Under the pieces are notes generated by a model. It was not told where the DNA came from. It saw only the letters and a list, made by a program, of their open reading frames with translations, and searched no databases. Shown here piece by piece: positions 42,891-57,513 of a stretch of 64,000 nucleotides of DNA. Within the stretch, counting starts at the first letter, position 1, and every line of letters starts with the position of its first letter. This stretch comes from Eledone cirrhosa (Eukaryota), in contig OZ024747.1 in the NCBI GenBank assembly GCA_964016885.1, positions 86,614,001 to 86,678,000 on the forward strand, read 5' to 3'. The translations under genes and the position numbers were made by a program.

Positions 42891-43845
42891 ATAGTTAATA
42901 ATGAGAAATATTAAGCTATTTTGAAAAGATGCATAACTTTCATTGCTGAAGTATAAAAAATTAAAGATAAAACTATATCCTATATAGGACAGCATTAATG
43001 CAAGGATATTTCTGTTGGTACACATTACGGGACAGAACAAACGAAAAGTTCAGTTAGGCAAGATTAAATTAAATTAATTCTTCAAGCAAATCTGTTACAT
43101 ATTCTGCCATTCGTCACCCAGCTTGCACTGTAAGACATCACCATCAGAAACTGCTGAATGGAAATATCAACTTTTTTGCCACCTCCCTGCGGTATCGCAC
43201 CCTCCATGATTGCCAAGTTACATCGCTGCTATCAGTGAATTTTCGGGATTTATATTTCAGTCTCTAATATATATTCCTTTCATCATCCATCCACCTATCA
43301 CAAGAATCTGGATACTGTGATAACCATTCCAATCCTTTAGAAATTATTGTTTACACCTCATTGAGAACGTGCACTTTATTCTCAGTGTTGGTCATCATCT
43401 CAACTGCCTCGTGATAAGAATAATTGTTTCTACTTTAGGCACAAGGCCAGCAATTACCCAGTGCATTACTGGTACTTTATTTTATCGGATAAGAATAATG
43501 AAGACGTTTCTACTTTGATTTTCAGTTCTTGAATTACACATATACTATCCTTTCTAAATCCAGTACCAGCCAGATAGAACATAGTGATTCTAGCTGAAAA
43601 TCTCTCAACACCTCCACTTCTACTGATAACATTATATATATTGCCAAACTCAACATTAAGATGTCGCATTTCTTAACAAAGAATTCATAATATACAACTT
43701 TTATAATGGTCATTTAATCGGGGACTTTAGTATTGATCGTTCAGATAAGTAACCGCTTGAGCCAGATGAAACGTTTCACCTCCAAAGTTTTATTGATTTT
43801 GTGGCAGAGTAAAAAGTAAAAATAAACTAAATATCTTGTCAGTAA

Positions 43846-44485
43846 TCTATATATATAAAACTGAGGTTGTCTGTCTGTCTATCGATTTTTGGCACACATC
43901 TCCTCTTAGAATCTCTCACGGAATTGCACCCAAATTGCTATACTTGTACATTGAGCCCTAGCGAAGACATCGGAAAAAAAATATTTCAAATTGACCCGCC
44001 CTATCTGACGAAATTGAATATAATGTATCGATTTTTGAGCGTAAGTGATCAGTTATTTCCCTTTGTTCTGTTTACATTGAGCCTCTGCGTGCAAAAATTA
44101 AAAAAATTACGCTGGCTTTCTCAGCGTTTAAAATGACATTAACACAATACACGAACAGTTGTCGAGACAGCAAAATTTTGACCTGCAAAATTCATCAGTT
44201 CGAACACTAAGCTTCCGTTTTGCTTCATTTCCATTTAAAAGCCTTTTAAAACAATATTTTTACTTGAAAACAAGTCTATTTAAAGATTACGTAAAACAAG
44301 CAAATATTTCGTAAAAAAAAAGGAAAAATTATATAAGTTTATTTAAAATATATGTATCTGTAAATTTCGTTAGGCGTGCAGATAGACAGTCGTGCAGACA
44401 GACTTTAAGCCAAAAAAGAAACTTAACATTGTAACTTTAACACAGCTACTGAGCGACCCCGAGCAACGCCGGGCTTTACTGCTAG
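43846..44485 (+). mobile_element. Non-autonomous Helitron
   Basis: A|TCTATATATATAAAA, then (GTCT)n, hairpin CCCGAGCAACGCCGGG and CTAG|T. Confidence 0.87.
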
Positions 44486-44844
44486 TTGTAAATATTACAG
44501 CTATTCATGGCAGATATTCAACAAAATAGAAATATTCATTGTACATTGAAGAAGGTAGCAAAGAACATAGATAGCAAAGAATATATATATATACATATAT
44601 CGAGGTTGATAAAAGAAGTACCAGTCTAGTACTGGGGGTCGAGTCTTCTTCTATATCTCTTTCTCACTTACTCTCTTTCACTATCTATCTGGAAGAAATC
44701 TGCTGTATTCAGACCTGAAGAGGGATGGGTTCTGCCAGGTTTAAAATGCCGTTGAAACGCCGTATGTCAATATAGCGCTTCTACTACTCCTTTAGGAGTT
44801 ACGGGACCATGTATGCATATGTATATATATGTATATATATATGA

Positions 44845-44953
44845 AATCCTTCCTGGCTTTAGAAATGGTAGAGGGACAACGGACATGATCTTTACGCTGA
44901 GACAGCTGCAAGGTGTTTATCGATCTGACAAAGGCTTTTGATACAGTCAATAG
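44845..44953 (+). mobile_element. LINE RT fragment
   Basis: DMIFTLRQLQ / VFIDLTKAFDTVN. Confidence 0.7.
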
Positions 44954-44993
44954 TATCAGTTGATTCAGTCCTTGATGAAAATCAAGCTGACTG

Positions 44994-45416
44994 CTACACA
45001 ACAGATATCCTTAATTCTCTTGAGCCACATGGAACTCCTACACATAAACTTTTCCTGAAGGTTGGCGTCCCAATAATGCTTCTAAGATCCTCCTAAATTA
45101 TGCAATCGGACAAGGTTTATTGTGAAGACATTACCACCTAATGTGATAGAAGCTACCATCATCACTGGGTGTGCCTCAGGGGAAGATATCAAACCAACAG
45201 ACATGCCATTTGAGTTCAAACGAACACAATTCCCAGTGCGACTTTGCTTTGCAATATCTATCAATAAAGCTGGAGGTCAGACTGAAATCTACTGGCTTGC
45301 ACTTAAGTTAGCCTCGTTTTTCTCATTGTCAACTTTACGTTGGCTGTTCCAGAATGGGTAGTTTACAAGACTTACTTGTATATGCTCAAAACCAGAAAAC
45401 AAAGAATACCGTTTAC
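44994..45416 (+). pseudogene. Helitron RepHel PIF1-type helicase C-terminal relic
   Basis: LNSLEPHGTPTHKLFLKVGVPIMLLR / PPKLCNRTR..NVIEATIITG..PTDMPFEFKRTQFPVRLCFAISINKAGGQT / FSHCQLYVGCSR; frameshifted. Confidence 0.9.
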
Positions 45417-45711
45417 AATTTATCTCCACCTCATAAAAGTGATAAATTTTGTATTTTTATTTTTTATTAATTTTTGTATTATGATCAGAATTGATTTCAT
45501 CATGTACCTCAATTGAAGAATAACAAATTTCTATACAACATGTTTTGCTTTCTTCTAATATATAAAGAACACTTTCACACTCGGGTATCAGTGGGGGCCT
45601 CTGTTAGAGGGCCTGCGACTGGCCCTTTATCTATTTGGCTACCTCTCTATGTGCCTGTCTGTCGTACACGCCGCAAAGAGCTTTTTTGTGGTAACCTGTC
45701 TTAGCTTCTAC

Positions 45712-45775
<64 letters not shown>

Positions 45776-46117
45776 GATCGGGTTATATCTATTTATGTAT
45801 TAATATTTCTGTCTTTGTGTATTCCTATTTATCTATCAACGTTGTGGTAACTGGTTTTGCTAGAAATAACAGCGAAATAAAACACTAACTTCAACACACA
45901 CACGCACACATTTGAAACTATCTATGTATTACTATTTCTGTCTCTATATATTCCTATCAATATATCTCTCAGCAAGTACAGAAAGCTTTATCCAAAGGAG
46001 AATCAAATGGATTTGTCTAATATGTATATAAATGTGTATGTGCATATATATACGTATGTTTTATTAGTATGCATTTACAAGCACACTCACGCTCAGATAA
46101 TCACCCATTACCCATCC

Positions 46118-46170
<53 letters not shown>

Positions 46171-46550
46171 TATATATATATATATGATTATCATCGATTG
46201 CTATTACTTTTTACAGTTATTAATACCCCCATTTACTATGTATAGCCATGTCTTTAGATGTTGCTATAATGGCGATTCTTACTCTACTTCAGACAGTAGA
46301 TGAAAGTATTTAAAAAAATCTTTTCAAATTTTCTCCTTATCTATTGCTACTCCGCCATATACTCAGCTCTCTATCAGTATCTATCTGTATTTTGTGATTA
46401 TTTTTTACACACAGACCTACTGTGTGGTTGTCTATACGAATGTTTCGTTTACTTATACCTCTATCCCTATCTATAATCAGGCATATACACAGACACCCAC
46501 GCGTTCTCGCTCGCCAGTGCACAAGCACCATACACTATTTAACCATATTA

Positions 46551-46734
46551 TGGCTTGGCAGTATCGGTAGAGGGTCGGACGCCATGCTTTCCAGCATAGT
46601 TACGTCCCTTTGCGGTCTGAGTTCAAATCCCACCGAGGTTACCTTTGCCTTTCATCCTTATGGGGTCGATAAAATAAAGTACCAGTAATGCACTGGGTAA
46701 TTGATGGCCTTGTGCCAAAAGTAGAAACAATTAT
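46551..46734 (+). mobile_element. SINE S1 (short subfamily)
   Basis: TGGCAGTATCGG A-box, GAGTTCAAATCC B-box and shared core. Confidence 0.9.
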
Positions 46735-47737
46735 TTTGTATCTTACTATATTTCCCCACGTTCTTTATCTCATCTTTCTTTTCAAATGTTTTTCTCAAAT
46801 CTTTTCTCCATTTTCTCTATTTATTGTTTTTTATTCCCCATCATCCTCTTCTTTTCCTTCCCCATTCTCTACGGACTTATCTTCTCACTCATTTTTCATT
46901 TATTTGGCCCCGTCCCATTTTCGTTTTCACTGGCTCCTCGTATCTCTGCTTTGCTGACATACATAATTTTATATTAAAATATATTAACTGACATGTATCT
47001 AACTATCGAACATTATTTTATATTATGTTAACTTCTATGTTTTCACATTTGATATAATGCATTTTATTGGTATCTCTTCACGTGTTTCTTTTATGTGTGT
47101 AATTTCTATATCATCAGAGTAACTACATTAAACATTTGCTTTCGTGTTTGTGATTCTTCAAAGTTCTAATAACTCGGCGTGCTTCAGGCATATTTCCAAC
47201 TTATTCGTATGAAATTTAGCCTAAAAGTATTCACTATGCACTTCAAAATACGACCCACTCACTAGAAACTCTATGAATGCGTTACTCGCACACAAACAAC
47301 ACTTTAAAGGCAGCCACAAACCACTTCAAACTTTTCGAAAAAATTCCATAAAAGTAGTGGTCTATTCTAATGCACGTTTATTGGCATCAAATCATTTGAC
47401 TATTTGCACTTGGAATCATTAAAAAAACGATGGTCTTGTACTTTATAAATGCATTACTAATACATATCTACAGTCATGTGAGGATGGGAAATGACTGAAA
47501 AGGAAATATAGTTGTTTCTATTCAGAAGAGCCGGATATTTAGATGCTGACATCTAGTGTATGTCATTAGCCCTAGATATGCGTCGGTTGCAAGTTCTAGT
47601 TGTTAACAAGTGAACAGCCTTACAAAGAGTGAGATTTCCATTGGCACATGTAAGCTTAACAGGGAGTTTCATCAGACACAATATGTGGCAAAGCTCCTGT
47701 AATTGCTATGCCCACATATATACATATATATTTATAT

Positions 47738-47848
<111 letters not shown>

Positions 47849-48871
47849 AATATATATATGCAAGTTTGTTTTAAAATAACAAGCGAAGGATGAGTATTGA
47901 TGTACGTCAACACTCATCCTTTTCCATTAAATTTACCCACACACACACACACGCGAGCACACATACACGCACACGCACACACACACACGCATACACATAC
48001 ATATATATATATATATGTATATATGTATTCGTGAATAATAATAATATAATAATATCATAATATTAGGACTACCTTTTTCCCATGTTCTGTAATAACCACT
48101 AAACCTAATTCTTTCCCCCGAATACAACAGCATCTAGAATCCCTTCCATGTTATGTCAGATTATTCCTTGAAATTAAGTCTGGCTTTGACAAAAAAGACA
48201 TGAATTTTTATTCTTTTAATATTGATTTCTAGATGACAGTCCCCAAAACATAGATATTATTTGTATGGTATAGAACATGCAGTTATGTAATTAGATACCG
48301 CAAGGAGTTTTGTGATATGCTTTAATGAATACGACAAACTATAATTCTTTATAGTTCCAATATTACCATATCTTGCACATTGAATAAAATTCTGCATATC
48401 GTTAAAAAACCAAAAAAAACCCAAGAAATGTAAAAAAAAACAAAAACAGAAAAGGGAAACTATTGGAAGGGGAATTCTGTTGAATATTAATTATTTTTAA
48501 GTCTATTATGGAAATGTAAAAGGAAAACATGTAATTATTTTCGTAAGAGTTTATTTTTTTAAAAACATTATGCTATGTAAATATTGAAATTTTGATCGAG
48601 TTTTGATGATTAATCCATAACTTAGTATAGAATTAATACCAATAATATTGCAACAACAAATCAATTATATAGACTAACACAACGAGACCATCATAATGAT
48701 AGCACCAAATACTAAAAAACGCGGAAGTATTAACAAGAGACATAATGAGTAACAGTAATATCAAAAAGATCAATAATTATTATTTTTCGTTTCGATCATA
48801 ATGTATTATCATAAAAAAGAGAAACAAAAAATAAAATTGGAAACAGATCCCCCATTACACACACACACACA

Positions 48872-48909
<38 letters not shown>

Positions 48910-48925
48910 CACATACACACACACT

Positions 48926-48972
<47 letters not shown>

Positions 48973-48974
<2 letters not shown>

Positions 48975-49126
48975 CAAAGAAAGTGTGGTAAGGAGCCAGG
49001 TGGACCATAACGCACCAGAGTACTCAATACTTAGGGCAGTAGAGTGGGTAATAGGAAAATGTTCAGTCCAGAAATAGCCGTCGAAACGGCTTGAGCTCTG
49101 CCGTCGGGGTCTTGAACATTTTCCTA
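48973..49126 (-). mobile_element. HHR-element family C
   Basis: Homologous tail, with an inverted half HHR GAAA cggc-ttgagctct-gccg TC gggg on the plus strand. Confidence 0.78.
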
Positions 49127-49480
49127 TATATATATATACACACACAATCCTTATCGAGCCCTCTTCGGACTTTGGTCTTCGTAATTATTATTATTATATA
49201 TAAAAGATGGCGTAGGCATACAATACAACAGGAGGAAACATAATAGCACCACTGACGATGTTGCAGATGTGCAACGAAAGAACTTAGACTATATATATGT
49301 CTTTGTGTCTATATTATATCTGTATTTTTTACCGTTGGTCAGTCAATGGTAACATTGAGGACCGAATAAATTAAATTAACCGATATAAAAGACACAGAAG
49401 CGAAAACCAACTAAACAGTGAGTGTGTTCTGTTATTAATTCTGGCAATATTATTACACAAATATGACCCTCCCCAAGTAT

Positions 49481-49603
<123 letters not shown>

Positions 49604-49683
49604 TATATAATATATATATAATATATATATATATAATATATATATATAATATATATAATATATATATAATATATATATAATAT

Positions 49684-49754
<71 letters not shown>

Positions 49755-49846
49755 ATATATATATTATATATATATATATTATATATATATTATATATATA
49801 TATATTATATATATATATTATATATATGTATATATATATATATATA

Positions 49847-51430
49847 CAATGATATTAAATAAATGGAAACTATATTTATAAAACCATATTTATTTTATTA
49901 TATATATTTCAAGGGCAACCAAGACAACATTGGTACGCTTTCATCAGATAAAATACGAAGTTTGTTTTATAAATAGAGACATACCCATGAAAATCATACC
50001 GGTTGGATAGTGGAAATATATTAGGGATTATTCAAACTTATGTGTGAATATGCAAATGAATATATAAATTGAAAAACAACCGTTTATTTAAATGACACTG
50101 GAGAAAGAGAGAGAAAAAGAGAGAGAGAGAAAAATATATTACGAGACAGATAGAGAGAAGAAATTAACAAGAGGATGAATAAAACTCATATAACGTAATT
50201 TGGGGGAAATATATTCAATGGTACGTGTATTTACGATTAATTAATTGTTAAAATTCTTTAATATGATATTTACTGGTATAAGTAGATAGAAAAATAAATG
50301 GATAGAAGAATAGATTTGAAAAATAACTAAATAAATAAATAAATCAATCAATAAATGGATAAATGGATAAACGGATAAATAGATAAATAAATGAATATAT
50401 GGGTATATCGTGTTATAGATAATTGTTTTAATGAGTTATGAGGGATATTGGTTTTGTATTTAATGTAAGTAAATATTAAGTTAAATTAAATTAAGTTAAC
50501 TGAGTTAATAAGAATATTTATATTTATTTTATATATTTAAAAATGGGAAGATACGGAAAAAAACTCCAGTTTTGTTTACTTATTCGTTAGTATTAGACTA
50601 TTTTGTCAAAATAAGTATAAATGTTAAAGATATATTTAGCCAGAATTAGTGTTTATAAATCTAATAAAAGATATTGAAAAAATATTAAAAACTCGGGAAA
50701 ATTTTTTAAAAAAATAATTTATAAGAGATAAGTAATTTTTTTTTAAATTAAGTAATTTTTAAAAGTAGATAACAAATTAAAGGAATAAAAAATAAAGAAT
50801 TAAAAATTATTAAGATTAAAATTAAAATTTAAAAAATTATAATTATATATGTATATATTTTAAGAAACTTTAAGTGAAATTATAGCAAATGTTATAGATA
50901 AGATTTAGAGATATCAATATATTAAAACCAAGTGGATAAGATTGTTATGGAAATAAGTAGAAATATTATAAGTGTAATTATAATTTTATATAGTTCTAAA
51001 CGTTGAAATCAGGCGATGTCTACAAGAACTAAATAAATTCGTCCATACATTAATAAAGTTCTTACATTTAAGTATGAAAAATATTTTCTCAACACACAAT
51101 TATTTAGATATTCATTTGCATATTCAGACATAAGTTTGAATAATCCCTAATATATTTCCACTATCCAGTGAATTTCCAACCGATAAGGTATGATTTTCAT
51201 GGGTATGTCTCTATTTATAAAAGAAACTTTGTATTTTATCTGATGAAAGCGTACCAATGTTGTCTTGGTTGCCCTTGAAATATATATAATAAAATAAATA
51301 TGGTTTTATAAATATAGTTTGCATTTATTTAATATCATTGAATATTTACTCCAGTATACTGTTGAGTGCTCTAAATCAGTTATAAACATTTATATTTGTC
51401 GGACTTCCAACAAATTAAATACCACTTCTA

Positions 51431-51432
<2 letters not shown>
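49847..51432. mobile_element. HHR-element family D, large fold-back; HHRs at 49891-49955 (-) and 51232-51296 (+)
   Basis: Arms about 49847-50065 and 51105-51340, tail to 51432. Motif: tattttat CTGATGA aag..ctt GAAA tatata TA ataaaata. Confidence 0.9.
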
Positions 51433-51508
<76 letters not shown>

Positions 51509-51541
51509 CGAAGACCAAAATCCGAAGACGGCTCGATAAGG

Positions 51542-51592
<51 letters not shown>

Positions 51593-51903
51593 GACTCGTA
51601 GAGCAAGTACAGTTTAAGCAAAGAATTTCTGCTTTCACCTTATTACAGGATATTCCTGAAACTTTATATATATATATTGAAAATTGCAAACTTGACTGCC
51701 ACCACTGAATATGATCCTGAAGATTGCGAAAGCATGAAAGTACTTGTTCAATTAACATTTAACATTTAATATTCTAACATACTATTTCATTATAATATAA
51801 TTTTAAAGGATTGTAAATAAAACGAGTAAATCAGACAAAGTTGGAATTCCTTTTATTAATATCTTCTATACACAATCCTACACACTCGTGTATATTTATT
51901 TAT

Positions 51904-52059
<156 letters not shown>

Positions 52060-52111
52060 ATATATATATATAAAGAATTAGTATATCTAGTAACATATAT
52101 ATACACAGATG

Positions 52112-52198
<87 letters not shown>

Positions 52199-52247
52199 GT
52201 ATATATGTATATATATATGTGTGTGTGTGTGTGTGTATATATATATA

Positions 52248-52348
52248 CAGGGTGACCAGAAAAATGCATACACACCCTGATTACCTGTATAGGAAATATT
52301 TATTAGAATGTTGTTTCAAGTATGTATACATTTTTTAGGGACACCCTG
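52248..52348. mobile_element. Tc1/mariner-type MITE
   Basis: TA|CAGGGTGACCAGAAAAATGCATACA ... TGTATACATTTTTTAGGGACACCCTG|TA, with imperfect TIRs and a TA target duplication. Confidence 0.8.
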
Positions 52349-53345
52349 TATATATAATAATGATATTAATGCGAGTAAATCTTATTCATTTACTAGGTGT
52401 TTTTAGCTCAATGCAATGATAGGATCATGGTAGGATCTGTTACATTGTTATAGATTCTTTACAAAGTAAAGACTTTAATGTTTGAGGCATTAAATAACTG
52501 ACAATTGTTTCTACCCAGGTTATGCTATACATAGTGAATCATTTTATTTAACAATTCACCATTAGTGTGTATAGACTGTGGGTGTCATCAGAGTTTTATG
52601 GAAATACCGATTTTGTTATTATTTTATTTTAATTAAAATCTGCGTAAATTTGCAGCTTCGAGTTTGGTAAACTAAATGATCCCGTAAACGATTTTCTCTT
52701 ATTTAGAATATGGACACGTAATATACGTACGTGTCTGTATTTACTATGATGTAAGCCTATACTATAGCGGATAAAATTTAAGAGATCTTATATAGATTAA
52801 TGCAACGATGAAAATTATTACTTACAATGTTTCTTGTTTATATTCAGTCTATTTATCAGTTATATTTGTATTCAGAATAGCCTGCAAAAGAAACGGCAAC
52901 ACTCAATACAGAATCATGCAAATAATTCAGTTGCGTTTCGTAATTATGATAAAAAATATCACAAAAAAACAGTTTTTACTGCAGAAATCGATTAAAAATG
53001 TGTGCGATTCACCACAAATGGCAGTAGCTGGGTGGGAAAGTAAAAGGGTGAATTCTATATAGACATCTCTTTCTGTAATTTGTCCTGTAAAAATCATTTC
53101 CATGTACACACACACACGCACACACGTTGAATGCCTTGTTTATTTGCTTCTGCATAATATCTCTCTATATATCTGTATAGTTTCCATGGAGCCATGTATG
53201 GTATACATCATTTGATGTTATGGACTTTTGCCAGATATGTACATATAAATCCAACGAAGAAGAATTCCAAGTACATCAACATGATATATCATGTTATTTT
53301 CTCACAGGCTCTTTGCAAAACATATATTTATATATATATATATTG

Positions 53346-53466
53346 GTGAAGGCGCGTGGCTGAGTGGTTAGAGAATTGGATTTGCAATCGTAAAGTTGTA
53401 AGTTCGATCCCTGGACTGGGCGATGCGTTATGCCCTTGAGCAAGACACTTTATTTCACGTTGCTCC
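53346..53466 (+). mobile_element. SINE S2 5' half (tRNA-like head), interrupted
   Basis: TGGCTGAGTGG A-box and GTTCGATCC B-box. Confidence 0.8.
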
Positions 53467-53468
53467 TT

Positions 53469-54321
53469 CTACCTGGAGTTGCGACCGATAGACCAATTGG
53501 AAAGACCAATGGAAAAATTGTTTCCTCAGTCTGATTTGACGAAAGTCGATCGACTGGCCGTTGCTCGCACCAACCGGAGGTATATGGTCTTTAAAGCGAT
53601 GAAATACCTATGATGGTTGGAAGAACACTGATGAAGGACAAACTTTTTCATATGTAACCCATTTGCAACGCCGCAGCTCCATTATTATCATATTTACACA
53701 TATATTTTTTCCTCTGCTGCTACCCGTCTGTTTCGTTTTTTGTATCTTTACCCTTTCTAGCAGTCTCTCTCTCTGTTAGCCTCTTCCTCACCCTTCACTC
53801 ACTCATTCTCTGTCACTACCTCTCCTCCTCCTCTTTCTTCCCGTTTGACCTGTGTGTGATTCTTTTCTCTCGCACGCTGGCCAAGCTGGTATGAATTTTT
53901 TTTTTTTTTTTTCTCTCTCTCGTCTACGATTTCACAGAACTTATGTTTACCGAATTCGCAGACCAGACCCCTTCTTCCCCCCGTTAGACCTGTGCGAAAT
54001 TCCTTCCTTGCTCACATTTCAATCAGGTTTGATGGTCTTTATTCTCTCGTTCACGATTTCACCGAATTTAAATTCATAGAAATCTGGGACTTGTCTCTTT
54101 CTTCATCACTTTCTGTTGCTTAAACCATTTTGTTTGTTTACCCTCGCGTCCCCTTTATTTACGTGTCCCAACGACTTTTTTTAGCCGTTGCTCGCACCAA
54201 CCGGAGGTATATGGTCTTTAAAGCGATAAAAGACCTATGATGGTTGGAAGATCACTGATGAAGGACAAACTTTTTCATATGTAACCCATTTGCAACGCCG
54301 CAGCTCCATTATTATCATATT

Positions 54322-54326
<5 letters not shown>
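53469..54326 (+). mobile_element. Direct-repeat-bounded element family O (about 140-bp repeats, period 627 nt)
   Basis: 53557-53697 is nearly identical to 54184-54325, and each contains CTGATGAAGG. The interior is pyrimidine-rich and the element ends in (TA)n. Confidence 0.8.
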
Positions 54327-54360
<34 letters not shown>

Positions 54361-54365
<5 letters not shown>

Positions 54366-54552
54366 GAATCAGGACCCCGACGGCTGAGCTCCGGCCGTTT
54401 CGACAGCTAGATCCGAACTAGACCAGTAGTGTTAGTACGGTAGTGATCTAGCTGGGGTCCTGATTCTTTTCCTATTACCCACTCTACTATCCTAAGTATC
54501 GAGTACTATGGTGCGTTATGGTCCACCTGGTTCCTTACCACACTTTCTTCGG
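54361..54552 (+). mobile_element. HHR-element family C
   Basis: Inverted half HHR at 54376-54420 followed by the plus-strand tail. Confidence 0.8.
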
Positions 54553-54830
54553 TATATATATATATAAATCCAGTAAAAAGTTTGTTTATCCGTGTGAGCT
54601 GGGGTGCCACTTTTGTAAAATCAGGAGTAAGCCGGGGAAAGCTCTCTACATTCGTAGTGTGCAGTTTTCGATGGAGATTCAGTATAAGAAAGATGCTGTT
54701 TACCCAAAGTGTTTATTCATCTAGTCATTGTAATTATTTCTATAATTATTTCTCTAATGAATGAACGCTTTATGTAAACATACCATCTTTCTTAATATTA
54801 TTCTTGTGTCTATATATATATATATATATA

Positions 54831-55026
54831 CAATATATGGAAACTATATTTATAAAATGATAATCATTTTATTATATATATTTCAAGGGCAACCAAGGCA
54901 TTCTTGGTGCGCTTTCATCAGATAAAATACAAAATTTGTTTTATAAATAGTGACATAGCCGTGGAAAACAACCTCGACGGTTGAAAATTCGGTGGATATC
55001 CCAACAAATTAAATATAACTTCTCCA
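54831..55026. mobile_element. HHR-element family D short copy; HHR at 54866-54928 (-)
   Basis: attttat CTGATGA aag-cgc-accaag-aatgc-cttggt-tgcc-ctt GAAA tatata TA ataaaat; a plus-strand tail end follows at 54997-55026. Confidence 0.82.
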
Positions 55027-55189
55027 TATATATATCTCTGAAGAAGTGACAACTGATTATAAATTTGCTATACACTTGCTAACATTATATGATTACGCAA
55101 GCAGCGATACATAGGTATTCCGTCTGTTACAGAAACATATGTCAATACCTAATAAATTCCTTTATAAAAGCACTTTCATTTTATATTCA

Positions 55190-55246
<57 letters not shown>

Positions 55247-55377
55247 CAATTGTTCTCGATATGGTGAACTAACTGTTGTATTACCACTTCTACCTAACTC
55301 GTCCCATTGACTGAGCGTTCTACCACTACGGATATCACCTTCCAGTGTTCTACCTCTCTCTCTCTATATATATATAC

Positions 55378-55560
55378 AAAAAAAAAAGAAAATGAGGGGG
55401 ATTTTTAAATGAAAACAAAACTAGATATCGTACACGAGTGAAAGTATAAGGAAAAGAAATCGAAAATCCAACTGGAGTCTTTTTAAGAATATTTATTTAA
55501 GAAACAAATATATATTCTTAAAAAGACTCCAGTTGCACTTTCGATTTCTTTTCCTTATAT
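55378..55560. mobile_element. Family N fold-back lacking the HHR
   Basis: AAATCGAAAAT(C/G)CAACTGGAGTCTT arms match 31608-31632. Confidence 0.78.
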
Positions 55561-55580
55561 CATTAGATAAAATATATACA

Positions 55581-55622
<42 letters not shown>

Positions 55623-55720
55623 GGAAATCAGTAAAATCGAATCTCTGGCGGTTTGCAAGTAAATTCGGCCTACTTATATTAATCTGTTATTTTAATAAAT
55701 ATATATATATATATATATAT

Positions 55721-55805
<85 letters not shown>

Positions 55806-55992
55806 AAAATGAGGTAAATATCTCACTGAGTACTAAGTACCCATAGAGATATATAGGGTGTCTATAATATAATTGTTGTTCTATGGTACTAATTAGAGAT
55901 ACCAGAACTATAAAAATTGATGAGCAGAACAAACAAACATTAAACAATCCTTTAAATAAATTAAAAAATAATTTAACTATCTACCTGTTCAT

Positions 55993-56115
<123 letters not shown>

Positions 56116-56177
56116 ATTTTTATATATATATATATACTGTATATATTTTATCTAATGATTCTATGAACTTACTTTCT

Positions 56178-56258
<81 letters not shown>

Positions 56259-56264
<6 letters not shown>

Positions 56265-56415
56265 TAATATAGATGAGATTCTACAGGACTAGAACTGTTT
56301 CATTCTTTAGAAATCATCAGGAATTATTATATATATATATATATATAATTTTTAATATAGATGAGATTCTACAGGACTAGAACTGTTTCTTTCTTTAGAA
56401 ATCATCAGGAATTAT
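56259..56415 (-). ncRNA. Tandem pair of family B hammerheads (56276-56324, 56364-56412)
   Basis: Two direct copies with an 88-nt period, each consisting almost only of the HHR, separated by (TA)n. Confidence 0.85.
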
Positions 56416-56419
56416 TATA

Positions 56420-56463
<44 letters not shown>

Positions 56464-57513
56464 AAAGAAACTATAAAAACTAGATTGCCAGTTTCTAACA
56501 CGATCAGACCACACCCCATATGCAATTTCTTAATGTGCAGCGATGATTTATGTATTTTACTACTTTCCACTGCACTTTCAACAACGAGTAAGCTGCAAAC
56601 TATGGTGCATCGACGAAACTTTGCATATAATATAAATGAGGTTATACTGCCACGATACTTTAATATTTCGTTACGCAATAGGTGGAAAGTAATTTGAGAA
56701 AATGTAAAATAAAGCCGGGAAATCAAAGAAAATGGACGTGCCAGAAAACGTAGAGATAAATGATGTGATTCCTACTATAAAAACGAAACGTATGAGATAA
56801 CAATGACTTTATTATTTTCAACGAGTTTTTTTTTACTGAATATTTCTAGAAAAATAATTTCTTTTGACAACTGAAGAATGCTGAGGGTTAAATGAATTAG
56901 TTTTTGTTTTATTTTTCACTTAAAATGTTTATGAAAATATAATTATATATCATATTATTATGTTTACAGAAAAGTCTGTGAGATGAAGAGGTTTGATCCC
57001 ACTGCACAGCTTTTGGAAAAGTTTTTACTACCTTGTGCTATACTGTACGAGTGAATATTTTGTAGACTGAAACAGGGAAAAGCCCCGGCATTATATACGA
57101 TCAAATTTTAGTTTAGAACAAGCAAAAAATTAAACACAGGCAAAAAAGTTATAAGCAAGGAAAATTGGTGTACAATGCAGGAGTCAATACAGTCAATAAG
57201 GCATGCATGAGGAAAGGGTTATAATGCAGTTGAAATAAACATATTTTGTGTGGGGTGATAAAGCATGTTATAATTGTTATAAATGTTTAAGATAGTGTGC
57301 AATTTGTTAGAGAGGCATGTGGTGATAATGTAGGTATTTGTTATGTAAGGTGTAATGCAAAGCACTTGATAGAGTTGAGTATGTGTGTTCTTTCAAGCAC
57401 AACTTCTTTTTAACCCCTGACTCTCCACATGATGCCTTTGACACTAATAACAATTATGTACCCTAAATGTTCTAAATGACTAGGATTTTAGTTACATGTT
57501 TCGACATTCCTTA

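Noticed and set aside
53346-53420. tRNA-like sequence
   Set aside because: It continues into SINE body sequence shared with 7495-7790 and lacks a proper acceptor stem, so it is a SINE head rather than a tRNA gene.
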